NCBI GenBank assembly: GCA_030390025.1
Contig: CM059431.1
Location: forward strand, 96,288,001-96,352,000
Reading direction: 5' to 3'
From: Squalus acanthias
Taxonomy: Eukaryota
Length of the DNA stretch: 64,000 bases
Numbering within the stretch: position 1 is the first letter of the stretch; the number at the start of each line of letters is the position of its first letter. Under the pieces are notes generated by a model. The model did not search any database. It saw only the letters and a list, made by a program, of their open reading frames with translations, and was not told the DNA's origin. Both the position numbers and the translations under genes were made by a program. Shown here piece after piece: positions 52,201 to 63,400 of the stretch.

Positions 52201-55200
52201 TGCTATATTCCAATTCAATCCAATACTCAGGTTCCAATCATTTCCAGTCCAATTCAATACAATATTCAGTGTCCAATTTGTTCCAGTCCAAATCAACCCA
52301 ATACTCAGTTTCCAATCCGTTCTATTCCAATCCAACGCAATACTCAATTTCCAATCCTTTCCAATCCAAATCAACACAATACACAGTTTCCAGTTCGTTC
52401 CATTCCAATTTAATCTATTACTCAGTTTCCAATTCGTTCCAGTCCTGTTCAATCCAATACTCAGTTTCCAATCCACTCCATTCCAATTCAAAACAATACT
52501 GAGTTACCAATCCATTGCATTCCAATCCAACCCAATACTCAGTTTCCAAGTCGTTCCATTCCAATTCATGCAATACTCACTTTCCAATTCGTTCCAGTTC
52601 AATTCAATTCACTACTCAGTTTCCAATTGGTTCCAGTCAAATTCAATCCAATACTCAGGTTCAAATCCATTCATTTCCAAATCCATACAATACTCAGTTT
52701 CTTATTTGCCCTATTCCAATTCAATCCAATACTCAGTTTGCAATCCGTTCCAATCCAATTCAATATAATATTCAGTTTCCAAACTTTTCCAGTCAATTCA
52801 ATCCAATACTCAGTTTCCCATGCATTCATAGAAACATAGAAACATAGAATCTAGGAGCAGGAGTAGGCCATTCGGCCCATCGAGCCTGCTCCACCATTCA
52901 ATACGATCATGGCTGATCATCCAAATCCAGTACCCTGTCCCTGCTTTAATCCCCACAGTACACATATCCCATCCTATCCCCATAACCCCACATATTTAAT
53001 CCCCCCCTAACACTAAGGGTCAATTTATCATAGCCAAATCAACCTAACCCGCACATTCCAGTCCTGTTCAATCCAATACGCAGTTTCCAATCTGCTCCAT
53101 TCCAATTCAATACAATACTCAGTTTCCAATCTGCTCCATTCCAATTCAATACAATACTCAGTTCCCAATTCATTCCAGTCCAAGTCAATCCAATACTTAG
53201 TTTCCAATTCGTTCCAGTCCAATTCATTCCAATACTCAGTTTCCAATACATTCCAGTCCAATTCAAACAAGTACTCAGTTTCCAATCTGTATCATTCCAA
53301 TTTAATCCAATACTCAGATTCCAATTCATTCCAGTCCAATTTAATCCAATACTCAGTTTTCAATTCGTTCCAGTCCAACTCAGTCCAGTACACAGTTTCC
53401 AATCTGTTCCATTCCAATTTAATCGACTACTCTCGTTCCAATTCATTCCTGTCAAATTCAATCCAATACTCAGTTTCCAATCCGTTCCAGTACAATTAAT
53501 TCCAACACTCAGTTTCCAATGCGTTCCAGTCCAGCTGTATCAATATTTAGTTTTCAATTCATTCCTGTCCAATTCAATCCAATACTCAGTTTCCAATCTG
53601 TTCATTCCAATTCAATCCAATACTCAGTTTCCAATCTGTTCCATTCCAATTCAATCCAATACTCAGTTTCCAATCTGTTCCATTCCAATTCAATCCAATA
53701 CTCAGTTTCCAATTCGTTCCCGTCTAATTCAATCCAATACTCAGTTTTCCATGCAATCCAGTCCAATTCAATACAATACTCAGTTTCCAATCCGCTCCAG
53801 TCTAATTCAATCCAATACTCAGTTTCCCATGCATTCCAGTCCTGTTCAATCCATTACTCAGTTTCCAATCCGCTCCAGTCCAATTCAATCCAATACTCAG
53901 TTTCCAATTCGTTCCATTCCAATTCAATACAATACTCAGTTTCCAATCTGTTCCATTCCAATTTAATCCAATATTCAGAACCAATTCATTCCAGTCCAAT
54001 CCAATCCAATACTCAGTTTCCAATCCGTTCCAGTCCAATTCAATCCAATATTCAGTGTCCAATTCGTTCCAGTCCAACTCAAACCAATACTCAGTTTCCA
54101 ATCCGTTCTATTCCAATCCAACTCAATACTCAATTTCCAATCCATTCCAATCGAATTCAACACAATACACAGTTTCCAGTTCGATCCAGTCCAATTAAAT
54201 CCAATACTCAGTTTCCAAATCGTTCCAGACCAATTCCATCCAATACTAACTTTTAAATCCGTTCCGTTCCAATTCAATCCAATACTCAGTTTCCAATACA
54301 TTCCAGTCCAACTCAATATTGTACTCAGTTTTCAATCTGGTCCATTCCAATTTAATCCAATACTCTGATTCCAATTCATTCCAGTCCAATTCAATTCAAT
54401 ACTCAGTTTCCAATTAGTTCCAGTCCAACTCAGTCCAGTACTCAGTTTCCAATCCGTTCCATTCCAATTTAATCCAATACTCAGATTCCAATTCATTCCA
54501 GTCAAATTCAATACAATACTTAGTTTCCAATCCGTTCCAGTACAATTAAATCCAACACTCAGTTTCCAATGCGTTGCAGTCCAGCTGAATCCAATACTCA
54601 GTTTTCTATTCGGCCCTGTCCATTTCATTCCAATACTCAGTTCCCAATCCGTTCCATTCCAATTCAAACAAGTACTCAGTTTCCAAGTCGTTCCAGTCCA
54701 ATTCAATCCAATACTCAGATTCCAATTCGTTACAGTCCATTTCAATCCAATACTGACTTTCCAATCCGTTCCATTCCAATTCAAACCAAAACTAAATTTC
54801 CAATTCGTTCCAGTTCAATTCAATTCACTACTCAATTTCCAATCGGTTCCAGTCAAATTCAATCTAATACTCAGGTTCAAGTCCATTCCATTCCAAATTC
54901 ATACAATACTCAGTTTCTAATTTGTCCTATTTCAATTCAATCCAATACTCAGTTTGCAATTCGTTCCAGTCCAATTCAATCCAATATTCAGTTTCCAAAC
55001 CTTTCCAGTCAATTTATTCCAATATTCAGTTTCCAATGCATTCCAGTCCTGTTCGATGCTATACTCAGTTTCCATTCCGCTCCATTCCAATTCAAAACAA
55101 TACTCAGTTTCCAATCCGTTGTATTCCAATTCAAACCAATACTCAGTTTCCAATTCGTTCCAGTCCATGTCAATCCAATATGCAGTTTCCAATTAGTTCC

Positions 55201-56964
55201 AGTCCAACTAAATGCATTTCTCAGTTTCCAATCCGTTCCTTTCCCATTCAACCCAATACTCAGTTTCCAATTCGTTCCAGAATAATTCAATCCAAAACTC
55301 AGTTTCCAATCCGTTCCAGTCCAATTCAATCCAATATTCAGTGTCCAATTCGTTCCAGTCCAACTCAAACCAATACTCAGTTTCCAATCCGTTCTATTCC
55401 AATCCAACTCAATACTCAATTTCCAATCCATTCCAATCGAATTCAGCACAATACACAGTTTCCAGTTTGATCCAGTCCAATTAAATCCAATACTCAGTTT
55501 CCAAATCGTTCCAGACCAATTCCATCCAATACTAACTTTTAAATCCGTTCCATTCCAATTCAATCCAATACTCAGTTTCCAATACATTCCAGTCCAACTC
55601 AATATAGTACTCAGTTTTCAATCTGGTCCATTCCAATTTAATCCAATACTCTGATTCCAATTCATTCCAGTCCAATTCAATTTAATACTCAGTTTCCAAT
55701 TAGTTCCAGTCCAACTCAGTCCAGTACTCAGTTTCCAATCCGTTCCATTCCAATTTAATCCAATACTCAGATTCCAATTCATTCCAGTCAAATTCAATAC
55801 AATACTTAGTTTCCAATCCGTTCCAGTACAATTAAATCCAACACTCAGTTTCCAATGCGTTGCAGTCCAGCTGAATCCAATACTCAGTTTTCTATTCGGC
55901 CCTGTCCAATTCATTCCAATACTCAGTTCCCAATCCGTTCCATTCCAATTCAAACAAGTACTCAGTTTCCAAGTCGTTCCAGTCCAATTCAATCCAATAC
56001 TCAGATTCCAATTCGTTACAGTCCATTTCAATCCAATACTGACTTTCCAATCCGTTCCATTCCAATTCAAACCAAAACTAAATTTCCAATTCGTTCCAGT
56101 TCAATTCAATTCACTACTCAATTTCCAATCAGTTCCAGTCAAATTCAATCTAATACTCAGGTTCAAGTCCATTCCATTCCAAATTCATACAATACTCAGT
56201 TTCTAATTTGTCCTATTTCAATTCAATCCAATACTCAGTTTGCAATTCGCTCCAGTCCAATTCAATCCAATATTCAGTTTCCAAACCTTTCCAGTCAATT
56301 TATTCCAATATTCAGTTTCCAATGCATTCCAGTCCTGTTCGATGCTATACTCAGTTTCCATTCCGCTCCATTCCAATTCAAAACAATACTCAGTTTCCAA
56401 TCCGTTCTATTCCAATTCAAACCAATACTCAGTTTCCAATTCGTTCCAGTCCATGTCAATCCAATACGCAGTTTCCAATTAGTTCCAGTCCAACTAAATG
56501 CATTTCTCAGTTTCCAATCCGTTCCTTTCCAATTCAACCCAATACTCAGTTTCCAATTCGTCCCAGAATAATTCAATCCAAAACTCAGTTTCCAATACAT
56601 TCCAGTCCAACTCAATCCAGTACTCAGTTTCCAATCTGTTCCATTCCAATTTAATCCAATACTCAGCTTCCAATTCATTCCATTCGAATTCAATCCAATA
56701 CTCAGTTTCCAATTCATTCAAGTCCAACTCAGTCCAGTACTCAGATTTCAATCCATCCCATTCCAATTCAAGCCAATACTCAGTTTCCAATCCCTTCCAT
56801 TCCAATACTCAGTTTCCCATGCATTCCAGTCCTCTTCAATCCAATACTCAGTTTCCAATCCGTTCTATTCCAATCCAACTCAATACTCAATTTCCAATCC
56901 ATTCCAATCGAATTCAACACAATACACAGTTTCCAGTTTGATCCAGTCCAATTAAATACAATAC
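49272..56964. repeat. Satellite array, 39-bp monomer (~TACTCAGTTTCCAATCCGTTCCATTCCAATTCAATCCAA)
   Basis: Direct tandem periodicity; translations repeat every 13 aa (LSIGLNWNGTDWK). Confidence 0.97.
52828..53053 (-). mobile_element. Short chimeric retroposon insertion in the satellite (CR1 tail plus a SINE-like segment)
   Basis: CATAGAAA repeats and GGAGTAGGCCATTCGGCCC as at ~44200; CATTC duplicated at 52823-27 and 53054-58. Confidence 0.8.
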
Positions 56965-58635
56965 TGTAGAATTCGCAATATATCGCGATTTTATTAATAA
57001 GGAGAAAAACACAGAGTTTCGTTCAAACAGCTTTTATTTCAGCAGAATGCTGTCAGGTTTCAAAGTGGACACAAGCAGTTTGTAAAATGGCCGCCGCACC
57101 TCGTGGCGGAACATTCTAGACCTTTCAACAGGCAGACAAGATGGCGTTCCAATAAACATTTGTGCAAGATCGATTAAGATTCAGCACATTGAAGATAATA
57201 CACGAGACATCATGGGTTTGCAGTATACACATAGATACTGAAATCGGTCTCCCGGGTACGAATAAAGGCTATTGTATCAAGTAATCAAGGGCCCATCCAA
57301 AGACATTAATATGTAAAATCCCAACGACTCTACGATGAGAGAGCCGTTAGCGGGTAGTTACAGAAAACACTTGGAGGCCCCAAAACCCCTCCAGGGAGAA
57401 CACCGACCGATTAAACAATGGGAGAAATATTAACAGGTACTCAGACATTTACGAGTAGCCCCGAAACCCATTAAAACCGGAGATCACCTATACAAGACAT
57501 TTGAGCGCCAAACCCTAACAAAAGGAAAAGACATTAAGGTTGGGCGGGAAACGGAAGATTTTGTACTATAATTACAAGCTCCAACCGTCCATCTCTCTCT
57601 TATCTTGCTGGTGTTCATCCTCGTGGCTGCTCCTGTGTTCTTGACTCGCCGTCTTGTTCCTGTTTGCCTGGTGTCTCTTTTAAAAGACTGTTGAACTTTG
57701 TGATCCGTTCGGATCTACCTCGTGTCGTGTCACGAAGACCTGTGTTGGTAACCGGCATCGGAACCAAAGGCCCGAGAAGAGATGAGATGAGAAGAGACGA
57801 AGACCATACTTATCGCCACGGTCAGTAAGCCCCGACCGCGCCTGTAGGTCGAATAGACAATTTTCCTTGCCAGGAAGACTTCTTTGAACTTTAAAGAACG
57901 GACCCCAGAAGATTCTTCTTTGAGGTATTGACTGGTCTGTGAAACCCATCAGGGCAGATCCTCATGACGAACACCGAGAGATTATTCTCTTAAGTGTTGA
58001 CTGGTACGTGAAACCCACAAACACAGATCTTCATAACAACAGACGTTCCAGCCTGCTAGCCGGAGCAGAAGCAAGTAAACAAGTGGGGCCAGGAGACCCC
58101 CTGATCGACACGTGGGTGCTGCGGTGAAAACATCCGATCAGCTATTCGGAATTTCTCCGAGTTATCACGAGTGGTGAGCATGAGTCTCGAATCCTACGAA
58201 TCTAGCTAGGACAGATATTGATAGGGGAGGGTTTAAGTACTAAGGATAATTGTAATGTGTGCCCCCATTTACGGTGTGTCGTTCGTTCCTCGTTTCCCTA
58301 GAATTAGTTACATAACTGCGTGTAAGATTGTACTGTCATTAATCTGTGCTTATGACATGTATTTCGTAATCTTAAACATTATGCAATAAAGATTTTCCAT
58401 TTCGTACCATTCAACCGAGTCTACATGAGTTTCATCTCCATTACTGCTCTCGCATCTAAGTCCAGTGTCTAGAACCGTAAGGGCGAGTGATTCGAACCAC
58501 TCACAGGTGTGTCTAGTGTTCCCAGACTGGCTGGAGACCAGAACAGGCAACAAGGCCTAAACCCGCACTGACATACAGGCTGCACAGAGCCACACGAATC
58601 TCACAGGCTGAGAGACACGCACGCAAACCCTTACA
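56965..58635 (+). repeat. Putative 5' LTR (~1671 bp)
   Basis: Starts TGTA exactly where the satellite stops and ends TACA 5 nt before the PBS; TATA-like TATAAT ~57568; AATAAA ~58386. No second LTR in the window. Confidence 0.75.
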
Positions 58636-58639
58636 GAAA

Positions 58640-60448
58640 ATGGCGACCGCGGCAGGACACTGGCAGCGAGAGGGTAGTGTGTTAGACTTTGGTGTGACGG
58701 TACGAAATGTTATGCAGGAAAAGATAGCAGATTATGTGTTCGGAAAGGTTAATCTAACTAAGAAATGGATAAGTGAATTGTTAGCGGATAAAAGTCCACT
58801 AGAGGCAGCCGAAAGGTGGACAGATAGTAAAGAACATAAAAAGACACTCGAGAAAGCAGTCTGGCTAATGTGTTACAAAAGGCAGGTCCAGATTTCAAAC
58901 CAGGTCATTACAGCGCTAACAGCTCGAATCAGTCATTTAGAGGGAGAAATGGATGAGAAGGTCTCTGGAGGGGAATTGCTCATTAGGAATTTAAGTGCGC
59001 TGCACCAAGAACGCCAGGAAATCTCCAGTCACCATAAAACAAGGATAGATTACCTCGAGTGCCAGGTCACTGAGGCAAAGTTAAATGAGGGCAGATTAAA
59101 GGAACGATGTGCCCGCCAAGCTGCCCAGATAAGAACTCAGGAAGAGAGCTTGACGGGGATTAGGGCGGCATATAAGTTGGCCCTTGAGGATAAGTTTCAG
59201 GGGGCCGATCATAGCGCCTGCCAAAAGGAGATAGAGCACCTCAAAAAGGCCGTGAACAAAGCGCACGGCATGGTGTGCCTTATCAGTCCGTCAGCACACC
59301 AGCCGCTAGTAAAAGAGGAGTTTCAGAAGTCCCCACCAAGTAAAGCAGAGGAAGTATTAGCCACTGCGCCCTCCGCGCCACCCAGCTATTCGGAAACCTG
59401 GGTAAGGGAGGAAGTAGTGGAAGAAACGAAAGAGCCCATTGAGAAAGAAGTGGAAAAGGGACCGTTGTATCCAGTAACGGGTATAAAAAGGGGCCCAAAC
59501 AGAAACGGTGGGGAGGAACCAGGGGATCTCCTCGGCCAGCTTGTGTTGCCTCACAGCTCACACCAGCTGAGAGTTATGATAAATCACGTACGGAAGCTAA
59601 CCGAGTTAGACGACCCTTCCGTACATTTCAGAGAAGTTGAGCAAACCGCAGCCATTAACGGCTGCGATGATGGGGAAACAGCAAAAATGCTGTTGTTTTC
59701 GTTAGGCAGTTCAATCCTTCAGTGTCTCTCGGGCGAGAGCAAGAGGGGAACCAAGACTTATGAGGCATTGAAGAATGAGGTCCTGGAAGTGTTGGGGGCG
59801 GACGATGAAGGTCCGTTTGGTAGAGTGGGACAAACAGTGCAGATGGAGGGAGAACCCCCGAAAGTTTTTGCCGACAGGCTGTGGCCAGTATATCAGCGCA
59901 GCTGTCTAGGTGCGCTAGAGCGCGACGATATGGACGGCGCCGGTTTAAATCATTGGCTTAGGTGCATAGTAGCCAACAGTTTACCAGCCGTCAGAGAGCA
60001 GGCAAAGGCATGGTTTGATCCCAATGACCCCAACATTACGGAAGAGTCGGTATTGAATCGACTCACGTTAGGATATCGCAATATAAGGGGTATGGGAACA
60101 CGTCCCCTTAAGGGAAAAGTACATGAGGTACGACCCGCAGCCCCGTATCAAAGGGAGTGGCATCAGGAGGGTAATCGCGCCCCGCAGGCAAGTAATGCTT
60201 GTTACGGGTGTGGGAAGACAGGGCACTGGCGCAAGAACTGCAGGAACCCTTGGAAGGATTCCAGGGATAAAATTCCCGCAGCCCGAGCCCAGACGCCTGT
60301 CCCTGCTAGGGAAGCTAGTGCACCCACCCCTCCCGACGACCTCGAATCAGTGTTGGGAGCCATGCGCAAATTATTGAGTGCACATGGAAAGGTGGCGGTT
60401 GCCACCGGCCCCGTAGGTGCCGCAGGACCGTCTAATAGTACCCAATGA
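58640..60448 (+). CDS. gag: Gag polyprotein (602 aa from first ATG)
   Basis: Coiled-coil region, PSAPPSY, capsid-like region, CCHC knuckle CYGCGKTGHWRKNC; directly follows LTR/PBS. Confidence 0.9.
   Translation: MATAAGHWQREGSVLDFGVTVRNVMQEKIADYVFGKVNLTKKWISELLADKSPLEAAERWTDSKEHKKTLEKAVWLMCYKRQVQISNQVITALTARISHLEGEMDEKVSGGELLIRNLSALHQERQEISSHHKTRIDYLECQVTEAKLNEGRLKERCARQAAQIRTQEESLTGIRAAYKLALEDKFQGADHSACQKEIEHLKKAVNKAHGMVCLISPSAHQPLVKEEFQKSPPSKAEEVLATAPSAPPSYSETWVREEVVEETKEPIEKEVEKGPLYPVTGIKRGPNRNGGEEPGDLLGQLVLPHSSHQLRVMINHVRKLTELDDPSVHFREVEQTAAINGCDDGETAKMLLFSLGSSILQCLSGESKRGTKTYEALKNEVLEVLGADDEGPFGRVGQTVQMEGEPPKVFADRLWPVYQRSCLGALERDDMDGAGLNHWLRCIVANSLPAVREQAKAWFDPNDPNITEESVLNRLTLGYRNIRGMGTRPLKGKVHEVRPAAPYQREWHQEGNRAPQASNACYGCGKTGHWRKNCRNPWKDSRDKIPAARAQTPVPAREASAPTPPDDLESVLGAMRKLLSAHGKVAVATGPVGAAGPSNSTQ
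58641..58658 (+). other. Primer binding site, tRNA-Arg(UCG)
   Basis: TGGCGACCGCGGCAGGAC is the reverse complement of GTCCTGCCGCGGTCG+CCA, the 3' end of vertebrate tRNA-Arg-TCG as recalled. Confidence 0.85.
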
Positions 60449-63400
60449 CTAGAGCCCGCGCAGCCCGTCTACCTGTGTCCGCTCAGCTATGATGCGTGGA
60501 AGCGACCTTTGGTGGAGATGGAGGTAGAGAAACAGAAGGGTAGTTATTTGTTGGACACGGGAGCTTCTTGCACCATAATCCATACAGATAGCCCTTTTGA
60601 CTCGCCGCTATCTACCAAGGTCCCATTCACATTAGCGGGGTTCACGGGAAAAGAACAGGCTGGCGCATTCTCCCTTCCGCTATCCATTCGTTTGGGAGCA
60701 CTTCACCTCAAGTGGAAGTGCATACTGATGGAATGGCAGGAGGGGGGTGGAAGAGGTATCCTCGGGTCCGATCTCCTATCAGGGCACGGGATCCTCGTGG
60801 ACCTCAGAAATCACTGTCTCTGGGGGGCTAAGAGTGAAAAAGGCGAGGTAGTAGTGATTCCGGGGGAGGAAGAAACAGGGGTCCTGTGTACCGTGCAGCC
60901 ATCCGGAGGCTACGACCTCGGGCTTATGGTCGCAGGTGTCCCAACGGACATGCAAACGTACGTGTCAGATAATATGCACGCGTTTGCAACCCACAAGCAC
61001 GATTGTGGGAGGGTTACCGGGTTTGAGGTCAGCGTAGATGGGGACCCCATGACCCGGCCCCAAAAACAGTATAACTTCCCCAAAGAAGCAGAACCCGATA
61101 TGGAGACAGCAATGTCCTCCTTGGTGCAGCAGGGCGTGTTGAGGCCGATAGCCACACACGTGAACTCCCCATTATGGCCGGTTAGGAAGCCGGATAATTC
61201 GTGGAGAGCCACGGTGGACTACAGAGTCCTTAACAGTAACATTCCCGCCTGCGCGCCCACGGTAGCAGCAGTTGCTGACCTAATAGGGAGTATCCCAGCG
61301 TCCGCGACCACGTTCACGGTGTTGGATATCTCGAACGGTTTTTGGTCCATCCCGCTGAGGCGAGAGGACCAGTACAAGTTTGCCTTTACTTTCAAAGGAC
61401 AACAGTACACATGGAACTGTCTGCCACAGGGTTTCCACAATAGCCCCAGTATTTTCCATCAGTGTATGGCAGGAAGTTTAAAGGAGTTTAGTCAGCCCAA
61501 TCAGATAGTGCAGTACGTGGATGATTTGCTCCTATTTACGGACTCAAGGGAGGAGCATGGACCACTGCTGGACGAGTTATTGGAGCTGCTAGCGAGAAAG
61601 GGTTTTAAAATAAATCCTAAGAAAGCACGTATCGGTCAGCAGGAAGTAAAATTCCTGGGACTGACCATTCGCGCTGGGGAAAGAGCCATAGACAAAGCTA
61701 GGAGGGAGTCGGTGCAAGAGTTACCGATTCCCAACAACATAAGGGGTGTGAGGTCCTTCTTGGGACTGACCGGTTACTGCAGGGATTTTATCGAAGACTA
61801 TGCGGCCACAGCGGCGCCGCTCCTCCGACTCCTCCATAAGGGAGTGGAGTGGTCTTGGGACGAGGGCTGCCAAGCAGCCTTCGAGAAGTTAAAAAGGGAT
61901 CTGCAGACCGCGCCAGCTTTAGGGGCCATAGATGGGGGGAAGGAGTTTTTCCTGGAGGTAGCTGCCAGCGGGGACAGCTTGAGCGCTGTGCTGCTCCAAG
62001 AGCGTCACGGCAAGCTGAGGCCGGTTGTCTATTCGTCCAGAGTGTTAACGGATGTGGAGAGAAGTTTCTCCAATTGCGAAAGGCACCTTTTAGCCACGCA
62101 TTGGGCTGTGAAAAGATCAGCGATCTTCACAGGGCTCTCTCCCATCACTCTCCTCACCCATCACACACCAACTAAGATGCTTCTAGATGGGAGGATTAAA
62201 GATGGGACCGTAAGCAGCGTGCGTATTGCGCGCTGGACCCTTCTTCTTTCCCAGATGGATCTTAAAGTAAAAGGTCTTTGCGAGCCCAGGCTTGCGGCCA
62301 ATTTGGTATACCCCGGTACAGCCCACCGATGTTCGGTGGAAGGGGTGTGGGACGTCAACATAGGTTTGCGGGCCGGGATACATCCCAATGGGCGCGAGAT
62401 TTATGTTGATGGGTCTAGCACAGTATCTGCTGGCGAACGACTCACAGGGTGTGGAGTTTATGACCCTGCGGCAAACCTTGCCCTGGCGATCAAGCTCCCT
62501 AGCACCATGAGCGCGCAGCAGGCTGAGCTGTCTGCCGTGGTGTACGTTGTTACCCACCCAGACATTTTCCCAACCCCATACACGATTTGCTCGGACAGTA
62601 TGTTCACCTGCAATTCGTGTACGGAATACCTGGCCATTTGGTCCCGCCGTGGATACACCTCCGCGGACGGGCGACCTTTAACGGTGAAGCCCTTGCTGGA
62701 AAAGATCTTAGCAGCAGCAGCAGGGGAGGAAGGGGAGATTTTCATCCATAAGGTGAAAGCTCACTCCTCCACAGAGCCCCGTGGGGAGGGCAACCAGCAG
62801 GCGGATGCGCTAGCCAGGGAAGGTGCCCGCAACGGCATTTTCTGGGACCCCTATGGGACCAGACCCATGGCAGCGATCCAAGGCAGGGACGGGAATCCCG
62901 GGAACACCAGGGTAGCATTGCCCCTAGACCTTAAGACCGTCCAAACCCAGGATCCCGCCCTAAAAGCAGTCCTAAAAACCATTGTTGAGGGGAAGCAGGT
63001 AGAAGGTCCGTACAGTACGGCAACCCTCTCAGTTAAGGAAGGCATGCTGTTCCGCGAGGAGCAGTGGGTTGTGCCGCAGCAGCACACGAGGGAATTCCTC
63101 CAGTTGGCTCACGAGGGACCAGGGGCAGGGCACCCCGGGCCCGAGGTTACCTGGCAACGGGTAGAGCAAGCGGGATGGTGGCCAGGGCTCAGGGAACAAG
63201 TCCGCGAGTTCTGTGCAAACTGTCTTGTGTGCGCTGCAAACAACCCAGACCCCCAGAAAAGGAAAGTGCCCATGGGACACGTAAGAAGGGTAGAGGGACC
63301 ATGGCAGTCGATACAGATCGACTATATAGGGCCCCTGCCTACCACCCAGGGAGGCTATAAATACTGCCTCGTCTTGGTGGATGTGTTTTCCAAGTGGGTG

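Noticed and set aside
49171..56941. Many long repetitive ORFs, and a superficial CRISPR-like periodicity
   Set aside because: By-products of a 39-bp (3n) tandem satellite open on both strands; no unique spacers or cas genes.
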